A stretch of DNA of 32,000 nucleotides, from assembly GCF_004376175.1 (NCBI RefSeq), contig NZ_SNUY01000001.1, forward strand, positions 30,001 to 62,000, in the 5' to 3' direction. Below are positions 1 to 8,337 of the stretch, piece by piece; the stretch's first letter is position 1, and every line of letters starts with the position of its first letter. A model generated the notes under the pieces. The model did not search any database. It had not been told where the DNA came from and worked only from the letters and a program-made list of their open reading frames with translations. The translations under genes were made by a program, and so were the position numbers. This stretch comes from Halalkalibacterium halodurans. GTDB lineage: Bacteria; Bacillota; Bacilli; Bacillales; Bacillaceae_D.

Positions 1-532
1 GCAACTCGTCTTGTGCAAAAAAGCCGACTGCACTCGTTTCAATTCCTTTCTTCGGCACACCCCCGGTAATTTCACATTGGATAAACAGTTTGTATACATG
101 ATACGGTGAAGGTGGATGAGGGTGACAAGCTTTGTCAAAAACAGCAAGTAGTTTTGTTGCTTTAACGTCAAGCCCGGCCTCTTCTTTTACTTCTTTTTCT
201 GCCACCTCTTTCGGTGTTAAGCCAATGTCTCCCCAACCACCAGGCAATGCCCAGCCCCCATCGCTCGTTTCTTGAACCATGAGCAGCTTCTCCTCTTTAA
301 AAACGACAGCACGTATATCAACTTTTGGCGTAGGATAGCCTGTTTCATGAGCAAACAAATCCTTGATCGTTCTCCTGTCTACTTCCGTATGATGAGCGAC
401 GATTTCAAGACTAACCTCCCTAAGTAGCTCAAATCTCTCCAGGTCATAGACATCTTTCGAATATGTTAATCCTGCCTGAGCAATGGCCTGTAGTTGTTTT
501 GCCCACTCCAACCATTTGGGTTCGATGGTCAT
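1..532 (-). CDS. NUDIX hydrolase (N-terminal helical domain plus Nudix fold); the 3' end runs off the window start
   Basis: Absent from the supplied track because there is no stop in the window. Reverse-strand translation from ATG (532-530) gives MTIEPKWLEWAKQLQAIAQAGLTYSKDVYDLERFELLREV...GGWALPGGWGDIGLTPKEVAEKEVKEEAGLDV. This contains a Nudix-box-like GX5EX7(K)EVXEEXG. AAGGAG lies just upstream, and an in-frame TAA 8 codons upstream excludes a longer N-terminus. Confidence 0.75.
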   Translation of the reverse strand, partial: MTIEPKWLEWAKQLQAIAQAGLTYSKDVYDLERFELLREVSLEIVAHHTEVDRRTIKDLFAHETGYPTPKVDIRAVVFKEEKLLMVQETSDGGWALPGGWGDIGLTPKEVAEKEVKEEAGLDVKATKLLAVFDKACHPHPPSPYHVYKLFIQCEITGGVPKKGIETSAVGFFAQDEL

Positions 533-661
533 CCTCTCCTTAGCAAACTTGGCTTACCGTTAAGTCTTAAAGCGGAAGCATCGTTTTCTTATCGTTTATT
601 CCTTTTATAGTTTTAGAAACAGCGTGTATGACTCCCTTTTAAAGTTGTATGTATTGTTTAA

Positions 662-1123
662 TTAGTTTGCTCCCTTGGCATTGAGAAGTGAATCCTTCAT
701 TTCTTCACTCAATGGGAATGGTTTTCCCGTTTTTTTGCTCACTTGTACGACCGTTCCTCTTCCAGTCATACAGATGTGGCCAGTGCTGTTTTTGATCATA
801 TAATGGAGGTCAACAGATGAGCTACCAATGCTTGCAGGCTTTACCCATACCGTTAAGCGATCATCGAAAAACACTTGTCGTTGATAATCACATTGCAAGT
901 CTGCAACAACAATCATTCCTTCGTATTCCGGGTTCGTCCATAGCTTAAAAAAACCTAGAGATTTAAAAAAATCGGTCCTTGCTTCTTCAAAATACACAAA
1001 TGTTTTCGTATTGTTTAAATGGCCGAACGCATCTGTTTCTGAAAAGCGAACCTTTACAGATGTTGAAAAACGAAATTCCGCTTCCCATAAATCCAACTGT
1101 TCAATATACGCTGGAAGTCTCAT
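662..1123 (-). CDS. 4HBT/YbgC-type acyl-CoA thioesterase (occupies the position of B. subtilis ysmA downstream of sdhB)
   Basis: The hot-dog thioesterase pattern VRFSETDAFGHLNNTKTFVYFEEAR is present. I moved the start from the track's TTG at 1150 to ATG at 1123 (MRLPAYIE...), which is preceded by AAAGGGGGAG with 7-nt spacing. Confidence 0.7.
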   Translation of the reverse strand: MRLPAYIEQLDLWEAEFRFSTSVKVRFSETDAFGHLNNTKTFVYFEEARTDFFKSLGFFKLWTNPEYEGMIVVADLQCDYQRQVFFDDRLTVWVKPASIGSSSVDLHYMIKNSTGHICMTGRGTVVQVSKKTGKPFPLSEEMKDSLLNAKGAN

Positions 1124-1220
1124 TACTTTACTCCCCCTTTGATTAGTCAAAAGCCTTTCAACTTCAAACCACCTAGTCTTTATAGCAAAACAATCGCTTC
1201 TTTGTCCTTTTTATAGGTGT

Positions 1221-1257
1221 AAAAAGCGAGGCTTTCCCTCATGGAAGGAAAGCCTCG
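1221..1257 (-). terminator. Intrinsic terminator of the sdhCAB operon
   Basis: Arms CGAGGCTTTCC (1227-1237) and GGAAAGCCTCG (1247-1257) form the hairpin. The A-run at 1221-1225 gives a T-run on the minus strand, about 30 nt after the sdhB stop. Confidence 0.75.
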
Positions 1258-1286
1258 TTACAAACGTCCAACATGGTAGTAGTTTC

Positions 1287-2042
1287 TTAGTTTGTGCTGC
1301 CAAAGAAGTTTTTGAACGACTGCAACGTAGCCGAACGGTTTAATGCCGCAATTGACGTTGTAAGCGGAATTCCTTTCGGACATGATTGAACGCAGTTTTG
1401 TGAGTTTCCACAGTTCGCAAGTCCACCGTCTCCCATGATCGCTTGGAGTCGTTCCTCTTTGTTCATCTCGCCTGTTGGGTGGGCGTTAAAAAGACGAACT
1501 TGTGATAGCGGCGCTGGGCCAATGAATTCTGACTTGCTGTTAACGTTTGGACATGCTTCTAAGCAAACTCCACACGTCATACATTTTGAAAGTTCATACG
1601 CCCATTGACGCTTCGACTCTGCCATCCGTGGACCAGGACCTAAATCGTAGGTTCCGTCGATCGGAATCCATGCCTTTACTTTTTTCAATGAGTCAAACAT
1701 CCGGCTGCGGTCAATGACTAGGTCGCGGACCACAGGGAATGTTTTCATTGGCTCTAGGCGAATGGGCTGCTCCAGTTGATCCACTAGGGCCGTACATGAT
1801 TGTCGCGGCTTGCCGTTAATGACCATGGAACACGCTCCGCAAACCTCTTCCAAGCAGTTCATTTCCCAAGCAACTGGTGTGCTCGTTTCGCCCTTGCTGT
1901 TTACCGGATTTCGGCGAATCTCCATTAAAGCCGAAATGACATTCATATTTTGACGGTACGGGACATGAAACTCTTCTTCATAAGGACTGCTATCTGGGTC
2001 ATCTTGACGAGTAATAATGAAACGTACGACGTTTTCGCTCAT
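1287..2042 (-). CDS. sdhB: Succinate dehydrogenase iron-sulfur subunit
   Basis: Three Cys clusters are present: CLEEVCGACSMVINGKPRQSC, CMTCGVCLEACP and CGNSQNCVQSCP. The start overlaps the sdhA stop by 4 nt (ATGA), and the gene sits within sdhC-A-B synteny. Confidence 0.95.
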   Translation of the reverse strand: MSENVVRFIITRQDDPDSSPYEEEFHVPYRQNMNVISALMEIRRNPVNSKGETSTPVAWEMNCLEEVCGACSMVINGKPRQSCTALVDQLEQPIRLEPMKTFPVVRDLVIDRSRMFDSLKKVKAWIPIDGTYDLGPGPRMAESKRQWAYELSKCMTCGVCLEACPNVNSKSEFIGPAPLSQVRLFNAHPTGEMNKEERLQAIMGDGGLANCGNSQNCVQSCPKGIPLTTSIAALNRSATLQSFKNFFGSTN

Positions 2043-3808
2043 GATTTAACAGCTCCTTGCTTCTTTTGAGAGTAGTCACGCTTACGCGGTTCGATTAAGG
2101 ATACATCCACTTCCTCGTATTCAAACTCTGGCGCCAACGTTTCTGGGTTGAATTTCGCTTTTGTCGTCTTGAGGAATTCCTCATCATTACGCTCTGGGAA
2201 GTCTGGCTTGTAATGCGCTCCACGGCTTTCATTACGGTTGTACGCCCCTAACGTGATCACGCGAGCGAGCTTTAACATACCATCAAGCTGACGGGTGAAC
2301 GATGCCCCTTGGTTGCTCCATTTCGCCGTATCATTGATGTTGATGTTTTTATAGCGTTCCATGAGCTCCTGAATCTTCTCATCCGTTTTGAGTAGCTTAT
2401 CGTTATAGCGAACGACCGTCACGTTATCCGTCATCCATTCACCGAGCTCTTTATGGAGAACGTACGCATTTTCTTTTCCATCCATTTTCAAGATGTCATC
2501 GAATTTTTCTTGTTCTTTCTTCAGTTCACCTTCAAATAAAGACGAAGGCATGGATTCTGCAGACTTTTCAAGACCGTTCATATACTCAACTGCTTTAGGT
2601 CCAGCCACCATTCCACCAAAAATCGCTGATAAGAGAGAGTTTGCTCCGAGACGGTTGGCCCCATGCTGCGAATAGTCGCACTCTCCTGCAGCAAACAAGC
2701 CTGGAATGTTTGTCATTTGATCGTAATCGATCCACATGCCGCCCATTGAGTAATGAACCGCTGGGAAAATTTTCATAGGTACTTTACGTGGGTCATCTCC
2801 CATGAACTTCTCATAAATTTCAATGATTCCACCAAGCTTAATATCGAGCTCTTTCGGGTCTTTATGAGAAAGATCCAGGTATACCATGTTTTCACCATTA
2901 ATTCCGAGCTTTAAGTCGACACAAACGTGGAAGATTTCCCGTGTGGCGATATCACGAGGTACAAGATTTCCGTATGCCGGGTATTTTTCTTCGAGGAAAT
3001 ACCACGGTTTCCCGTCCTTGTATGTCCACACACGACCACCTTCCCCGCGAGCAGATTCACTCATGAGGCGGAGTTTATCATCCCCAGGAATCGCTGTCGG
3101 GTGAATTTGGATAAATTCCCCGTTTGCATAATATACACCTTGCTCATAAAGCTTAGCTGCTGCATACCCCGTATTGATAACAGAGTTCGTAGATTTTCCG
3201 AAGATGATTCCAGGACCACCTGTTGCCATAATCACAGCGTCAGCTGAAAAACTCTGGAACTCAGATGTTTTCAAGTTTTGCGCTGTGATGCCTCGACAGA
3301 TTCCTTCATCATCGATAATAGCTGAAGTAAACTCCCAGCCCTCATACTTTGTTACGAGGCCAGATGTTTCATGGCGACGTACTTGCTCATCTAATGCATA
3401 TAACAACTGCTGACCAGTTGTTGCTCCCGCAAATGCGGTACGGTGATGTTGAGTCCCACCAAACCGGCGGAAATCAAGCAAACCTTCCGCTGTTCGGTTA
3501 AACATGACGCCCATACGGTCCATTAAGTGAATGATTCCAGGCGCCGCATCACACATGGCTTTAACTGGTGGTTGGTTCGCTAAGAAATCTCCACCATATA
3601 CAGTATCGTCAAAATGCTCCCACGGAGAGTCCCCTTCCCCTTTCGTGTTGACAGCACCATTTATCCCGCCTTGAGCACAGACAGAGTGAGACCGTTTAAC
3701 AGGAACGAGAGAAAAAAGCTCCACCGGGACGCCTGCCTCTGCTACCTTAATAGTTGCCATAAGACCTGCAAGGCCTCCACCGACAACGATGACTTTTCCT
3801 TTACTCAT
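2039..3808 (-). CDS. sdhA: Succinate dehydrogenase flavoprotein subunit
   Basis: The 589-aa product has the N-terminal dinucleotide fold VIVVGGGLAGLMA and the covalent-FAD His context RSHSVCAQGG. AAGGAG precedes the ATG. Confidence 0.95.
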   Translation of the reverse strand: MSKGKVIVVGGGLAGLMATIKVAEAGVPVELFSLVPVKRSHSVCAQGGINGAVNTKGEGDSPWEHFDDTVYGGDFLANQPPVKAMCDAAPGIIHLMDRMGVMFNRTAEGLLDFRRFGGTQHHRTAFAGATTGQQLLYALDEQVRRHETSGLVTKYEGWEFTSAIIDDEGICRGITAQNLKTSEFQSFSADAVIMATGGPGIIFGKSTNSVINTGYAAAKLYEQGVYYANGEFIQIHPTAIPGDDKLRLMSESARGEGGRVWTYKDGKPWYFLEEKYPAYGNLVPRDIATREIFHVCVDLKLGINGENMVYLDLSHKDPKELDIKLGGIIEIYEKFMGDDPRKVPMKIFPAVHYSMGGMWIDYDQMTNIPGLFAAGECDYSQHGANRLGANSLLSAIFGGMVAGPKAVEYMNGLEKSAESMPSSLFEGELKKEQEKFDDILKMDGKENAYVLHKELGEWMTDNVTVVRYNDKLLKTDEKIQELMERYKNININDTAKWSNQGASFTRQLDGMLKLARVITLGAYNRNESRGAHYKPDFPERNDEEFLKTTKAKFNPETLAPEFEYEEVDVSLIEPRKRDYSQKKQGAVKS

Positions 3809-3821
3809 ATCGACTCACTCC

Positions 3822-4451
3822 TTAAATGTTTGCTAAGTCCGGGTTAATAAACGCCAAGATTGCACGGATTCCGACAAATGTTAGCGCGAAGAAGATGGCG
3901 ACAGTTACGTATGTCATGATTTGCTGTGAACGTGGTGATACGGTAATTCCCCAAGAGACGAAGAACGACCATAGACCGTTAGCAAAGTGGAATGTCGCTG
4001 ATACAACACCTAAGATATAAAATACAAGCATAAATGGATTGCTTAAAATGTCGGCCATCATATCATAGTTAACTTCTGCACCGAACGCTGCTTGGATTCG
4101 AGTCTCCCAAACGTGCCATGCGATAAAAATCAACAAAAAGACACCGGAGATACGTTGCAGCAAGAACATCCAGTTTCTAAAGTAGCCATAGTGGCTTGTA
4201 TTATTTTTCGCTTGGAATGCTATATAAAGGCCATAAATAGCATGGTAAAGAATTGGAATGAAAATGATGAAGATTTCAAGCGCATAGCGGAACGGTAAAG
4301 ATTCCATGAAGTGCGCTGCTTGGTTAAATGCACTTGCCCCTGCTGTAGCAAAGTGGTTGACGACGAAGTGTTGAATTAGAAAGATTCCAATAGGAATGAC
4401 CCCTAGTAAGGAATGCAGTCTTCGATTGAAAAACTCACGATTTTCGGCCAT
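3822..4451 (-). CDS. sdhC: Succinate dehydrogenase cytochrome b558 subunit
   Basis: The product is a polytopic membrane protein. Its N-terminus MAENREFFNRRLHSLLGVIPIGIFL matches the B. subtilis SdhC N-terminus as I recall it. I moved the start from 4493 to ATG at 4451, which is preceded by GGGGGGAA. Confidence 0.9.
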   Translation of the reverse strand: MAENREFFNRRLHSLLGVIPIGIFLIQHFVVNHFATAGASAFNQAAHFMESLPFRYALEIFIIFIPILYHAIYGLYIAFQAKNNTSHYGYFRNWMFLLQRISGVFLLIFIAWHVWETRIQAAFGAEVNYDMMADILSNPFMLVFYILGVVSATFHFANGLWSFFVSWGITVSPRSQQIMTYVTVAIFFALTFVGIRAILAFINPDLANI

Positions 4452-4639
4452 ACCGATTTCCCCCCACTGTTTTTGTTGACCCTGAATTTTCACTCTGAAC
4501 CACTACAAACGAACTCCCATCCTCTCTGTATTTCTCGTATCGCACCAAACCTCCTAAGCATGTCCACTTTCATTCATTAAAACAGCACCATTTTTGTGAC
4601 ACGTTTTAGAAACTTTCTTGAAAAATTTCCGACAAAATT

Positions 4640-4668
4640 ATTGTACTCCCAACGAAAAGCCGCGTCAA
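4640..4668 (-). promoter_or_regulatory. Sigma-A-type promoter of sdhCAB
   Basis: The minus strand reads TTGACG (4668-4663), a 17-nt spacer, then TACAAT (4645-4640). It lies about 190 nt upstream of the sdhC start. Confidence 0.55.
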
Positions 4669-4759
4669 GAAAACGTATACAGACTGAATATTATCAATCC
4701 TCTGCACTTTCCTTTATTTTCGCGGCTTTTGTCCCTTAATATTAAGAAAACCAATCGGA

Positions 4760-6109
4760 TTACCCAATAATAATTCGTTCCGTAGGATATTTATAGTAGC
4801 TTTTTGTTTCTTTTCGGCGAACCGAGAATAAGAAAGCAATGAGCCCTACTCGCCCAATGAACATGAGCACCATTAAAATAAACTGACTCGGTAGCGACAA
4901 CTCATCTGTAATCCCCATTGAGAGCCCGCACGTTCCGAAAGCTGAGGCTGTTTCGAAAATAATCGCGATTAACGGAATCGCACTCCCTCTTTCAAAGGCT
5001 GAAATCATAATGACTGCAGCAAATAAGAGCACTAGAAAAACCGAGATAACGATGAACGATTTTTGTTGATCCTCTGGATGAATTTCACGACCAAACACTT
5101 TGACATCCTGCTTACCTAAAGCAAAGCTCCGGATCGTCAAAAACATGACAGCAAGTGTCGTCGTCCGAATCCCTCCGCCCACGCTGGATGGACTAGCGCC
5201 AATGATCATCAACCCTGATATGAAGAGCAAGGTCGCCAAGCTTAAGTCAGAAATGTCCATAATCGTCAAGCCACCGCTACGAGACGTAGCCGAATTAAAC
5301 ACAGCCGTAAATAACTGCTGATGCCACTCAAGTCCTACGAAATAGTGATTTTTTTCTAAGGCCCAAATACCGATGACTCCAAAAATAAAAACGGCAAAAA
5401 AGGTCGTCGTGGTGATTTTGGTAAATAGGCTGAACGTAAAGTTCGGGTTCTCCTTTGAAAAGTAAGCGCGCACCTCAAGGAGAACAGGAAACCCGATAGC
5501 TCCTGCAAAGATAAGCAAAATCGCTACGAGTTGAACGTAATAATCATCCGCAAATGGGATAAGCGACTCTCCTGTTATATCAAACCCGGCATTGGTGAAC
5601 GCACTCAAGGCGGCAAACGCTCCTTGATAATAAGCTTCTCCAACCGTATCGAAATAGCGAATATAATATGTACCAAGAATGAGCGCACCAATGAATTCAA
5701 TGGATAACGCGACAAGAAGAATGCCTCGCATTAAATTGACTAACCCTGAAAACTGATTTTGGTTTTGGTCAACCATGATGAGCATTCGTTGAGAAAGGAT
5801 GATTTTTTTTCCAAATAACATCCAGACAAAGGTTCCAAGCGTCATAATTCCAATTCCGCCGAGTTGAATCGCAAGTGCCAAAAACAAGATCCCAATGTAG
5901 CTATAGGTTTCTGAAACATTCACGACCGTAAGACCCGTAACACTCACGGCACTAACCGATGTAAATAGCGCTTCCGAAAACGTAAGATTGACCCCTGGTT
6001 GTTGTGAAATAGGCAAAAATAAAAGCACACTAAATAAAAACATCGCAATGATGTATGAGACCATAATCATTCGAAATGGGGTCATAAATTGATTCAATGC
6101 TGATTTCAT
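4760..6109 (-). CDS. KtrB/KtrD (TrkH-family) potassium uptake membrane subunit
   Basis: Four pore-loop motifs are spaced along a polytopic protein: SAVSVTGLTV, FTNAGFDI, TSRSGGLTI and SAFGTCGLSMG. I moved the start from 6130 to ATG at 6109 (MKSALNQ...), which is preceded by GGAGGG. No adjacent ktrA/trkA-like gene is present. Confidence 0.85.
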   Translation of the reverse strand: MKSALNQFMTPFRMIMVSYIIAMFLFSVLLFLPISQQPGVNLTFSEALFTSVSAVSVTGLTVVNVSETYSYIGILFLALAIQLGGIGIMTLGTFVWMLFGKKIILSQRMLIMVDQNQNQFSGLVNLMRGILLVALSIEFIGALILGTYYIRYFDTVGEAYYQGAFAALSAFTNAGFDITGESLIPFADDYYVQLVAILLIFAGAIGFPVLLEVRAYFSKENPNFTFSLFTKITTTTFFAVFIFGVIGIWALEKNHYFVGLEWHQQLFTAVFNSATSRSGGLTIMDISDLSLATLLFISGLMIIGASPSSVGGGIRTTTLAVMFLTIRSFALGKQDVKVFGREIHPEDQQKSFIVISVFLVLLFAAVIMISAFERGSAIPLIAIIFETASAFGTCGLSMGITDELSLPSQFILMVLMFIGRVGLIAFLFSVRRKETKSYYKYPTERIIIG

Positions 6110-6224
6110 AAAAAATCCCTCCGCGACCACTCGCGCTTAAGTATATCATGTCCAGGATAGACGATCTATAGAGAATGGCAACAAAGTAGTTTATAATATA
6201 AGGAGCAGAAGAGAGGGATTAGTT

Positions 6225-6641
6225 ATGAGTACAAAAGAACAAGAAACAACCATGGAAACTGTACAATTATTTGGTTACGATCTACTTCGTAACGATGTTT
6301 TGCGCGAGATCCTCGGTTCGGAGCACGATGCCATATTGTATTGGGTTGGCAAATCATTAGCTCGCAAGCATCCGATTGAAACAATGGAAGAAACGTTTGC
6401 TTTTTTTGAGAAAGCCAATTGGGGTCAATTGTCAATCCTGAAACAAAAGCGGCAAGAATACACGTTTGAACTCCAAGGCCCGTGGATGACAAAATCAGAT
6501 CAGCGCTGCTATCAGCTAGAAGCCGGGTTCCTCGCCCAACTCGTTCAAAACTGGTCGGAAACGATCGCTGAGGCTACATATGTCCGAAAAAGAGGCTCTG
6601 TTTTAATCGACGTTCATACAGACAAAGGAGACAGCGTTTGA
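6225..6641 (+). CDS. yslB: YslB-like DUF2507 protein
   Basis: The 138-aa plus-strand ORF has a GAGAGGGA RBS. It lies between the sdh region and lysC, as yslB does in B. subtilis. The family call is from memory and synteny. Confidence 0.7.
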   Translation: MSTKEQETTMETVQLFGYDLLRNDVLREILGSEHDAILYWVGKSLARKHPIETMEETFAFFEKANWGQLSILKQKRQEYTFELQGPWMTKSDQRCYQLEAGFLAQLVQNWSETIAEATYVRKRGSVLIDVHTDKGDSV

Positions 6642-6668
6642 TTTTTTTCAGTACCGTTCAAACATAAT

Positions 6669-6697
6669 AGGGTGACTCACATTCATGTGGTCACCCT
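6669..6697. terminator. Convergent (bidirectional) terminator between yslB and lysC
   Basis: AGGGTGACTCACAT / ATGTGGTCACCCT forms a 13-bp stem with one bulge. It is followed on the plus strand by TTGGTTGTTTTTTT. It sits between the two convergent stops at 6641 and 6710. Confidence 0.8.
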
Positions 6698-6709
6698 TTG
6701 GTTGTTTTT

Positions 6710-7213
6710 TTAAACTTCAACAGCAACAGCAGGCTCCTCTTCATGAAGCTTAAATTGCTCATGGAGCATTTCAACCGCCAACACCATTAACTCCTCATCA
6801 ATAACAGCAGACACTTTTATTTCCGATGTACTTACCATTTTGATCGCGATGTCATTGGCTGCAAGAATTTCGAACATTTTTGCTGCTACTCCTGGATTGG
6901 ATACCATCCCAGAGCCGACAATTGACACCTTTGCCAACTCTTCTTCATAATCGATGCCTTGAAACGACAGTTCCCCTTTTAATTCTTCTAGGCGAGCGAG
7001 TGTTTCTTTTAATGAGCTTTGCGTAATCGAGAAGGAAATCGCCATTCCTGAATCTGTTTGATTTTGGATAATGATATCTACATTAATCCCCGCAGCCGAC
7101 AAATGGGCGAATAGGGTCGGGAGTGTGTGGATTTCATTTGGTAACCCGTGCACCGTTACTTTTGTCACATCATTTTCAAAGGCAATGCCGCGTACTAGTA
7201 AATTTTGTTCCAT
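6710..7213 (-). CDS. lysC: Aspartokinase II beta subunit, from a nested in-frame internal start
   Basis: The internal ATG at 7213 is codon 246 of the alpha frame (MEQNLLVRG...). It is immediately preceded by a strong internal RBS, GAGGAGGAAGGA. B. subtilis lysC is known to produce a beta subunit from an internal start at about codon 246. Confidence 0.55.
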   Translation of the reverse strand: MEQNLLVRGIAFENDVTKVTVHGLPNEIHTLPTLFAHLSAAGINVDIIIQNQTDSGMAISFSITQSSLKETLARLEELKGELSFQGIDYEEELAKVSIVGSGMVSNPGVAAKMFEILAANDIAIKMVSTSEIKVSAVIDEELMVLAVEMLHEQFKLHEEEPAVAVEV

Positions 7214-7948
7214 TGTTCCTTCCTCCTCTATCATTGTTCCTGGCTCATCTACCATGCTCGAGGCGACAAGTAACGGAATCTCATAATTTTTTGCAAATTC
7301 AACCGCTCGTGGATGAAGGACACTTGCCCCTAGGTTCGCCATTTCAAGCATCTCATCATATGAAATCGTTTGAAGCTTGCGCGCTTGTTTCACGACCCGA
7401 GGGTCTGTTGTAAATACACCTGTCACATCTGTATAAATTTCGCATCGTTCGGCCTTGAGAGCTGCGGCAATCGCGACTGCCGACGTATCTGATCCGCCTC
7501 TGCCGAGGGTCATGATCTCTCCTTGTTGATCGATTCCTTGAAAACCTGCGACGATCACAACGTGGCCTTTATCTAGTAATTCATCCATCCGCGCTCTCTC
7601 CACTTCCAAAATCCGAGCGTTCCCATGGTGTGATTCTGTGATCATCCCAGCTTGCCAGCCCGTAAGCGATGTCGCTTCCTGTCCCCGTTTATGTAGGGCC
7701 ATCGCCAAAAGCGCAATCGTCACTTGCTCTCCTGTTGCTAGGAGCATATCCATTTCACGCTTTCGCGGTTCGTCGGTAATTTCGCTCGCTAATCCAACTA
7801 ACTCATCTGTCGTCTTTCCCATTGCTGATACGACAACAACGACTTTCTTTCCTGAAGCAGCCGTTGCGATGATCCGGTTCGCTACATGTTCAATTCGTTG
7901 AACGGAGCCAACAGACGTGCCTCCATACTTCTGTACAATGATTGACAT
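6710..7948 (-). CDS. lysC: Aspartokinase II (lysine-sensitive), alpha subunit
   Basis: MSIIVQKYGGTSVG is the aspartokinase N-terminal signature, and the C-terminus carries ACT-type repeats. I moved the start from 8098 to ATG at 7948, because the 50 upstream codons of the track ORF overlap the L-box leader. Confidence 0.93.
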   Translation of the reverse strand: MSIIVQKYGGTSVGSVQRIEHVANRIIATAASGKKVVVVVSAMGKTTDELVGLASEITDEPRKREMDMLLATGEQVTIALLAMALHKRGQEATSLTGWQAGMITESHHGNARILEVERARMDELLDKGHVVIVAGFQGIDQQGEIMTLGRGGSDTSAVAIAAALKAERCEIYTDVTGVFTTDPRVVKQARKLQTISYDEMLEMANLGASVLHPRAVEFAKNYEIPLLVASSMVDEPGTMIEEEGTMEQNLLVRGIAFENDVTKVTVHGLPNEIHTLPTLFAHLSAAGINVDIIIQNQTDSGMAISFSITQSSLKETLARLEELKGELSFQGIDYEEELAKVSIVGSGMVSNPGVAAKMFEILAANDIAIKMVSTSEIKVSAVIDEELMVLAVEMLHEQFKLHEEEPAVAVEV

Positions 7949-7990
7949 AGGTTTCCCCTTTCTGTTCTTCGCTTGGAAATCGCGCATAAA

Positions 7991-8265
7991 GAAAACAAAA
8001 ACGCAACAGCAGGAAAACTCCTCACCATTGCGTACTGTACACGAAAATAAAAACGTGCGCACATTCCCGTAGCTACGTGAGATAGTCCTCCACAGCACTA
8101 GTTGGGGCTAGTGTTGTGACAGCCCTATGCTTATTCAACATAGGTCCAGCGCAAATGGGAATGAGACCCGATCTGCACTTCGGCGAATCCCCCTTTCCAA
8201 CAGTCGTCAACGATTCTCATTTCTCTCAAACTGTGTACTCTTGGTTTTCGCTCCTCTACCATCAC
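7991..8265 (-). promoter_or_regulatory. L-box lysine riboswitch with terminator expression platform
   Basis: The minus strand reads GGTAGAGGAGCGAAAACCAAGAGTA...GTTGGAAAGGGGGATTCGCCGAAGTGCAGATCGGGTCTCATTCCCATTTGCGCTGGACCTATGTTGAATAAGCATAGGGCTGTCAC. This matches the conserved L-box core blocks AGAGG.GC, GAAAGGGG, GCCGAAG and GGGCTGTCA. The terminator ACGCAATGGTGAGGAGTTTTCCTGCTGTTGCGTTTTTGTTTTC lies at 7991-8033. Confidence 0.9.
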
Positions 8266-8299
8266 TTCAAATTGAAGCGCGGTTATTCAATTGGTTAAT

Positions 8300-8328
8300 A
8301 TCTTATCAGATGACTGGAAATCTGACAA
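8300..8328 (-). promoter_or_regulatory. Sigma-A-type promoter of the lysC leader
   Basis: The minus strand reads TTGTCA (8328-8323), a 17-nt spacer, then TAAGAT (8305-8300). It lies just upstream of the L-box. Confidence 0.5.
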
Positions 8329-8337
8329 GAACTTTTT

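Noticed and set aside
2493-4298. Several 60-106-aa plus-strand ORFs antisense to sdhA and sdhC (2493-2675, 2886-3104, 2927-3247, 3174-3413, 3614-3847, 3826-4020, 4092-4298)
   Set aside because: All lie inside strongly supported minus-strand genes. They lack an RBS and have low-complexity or odd composition. They are typical shadow ORFs.
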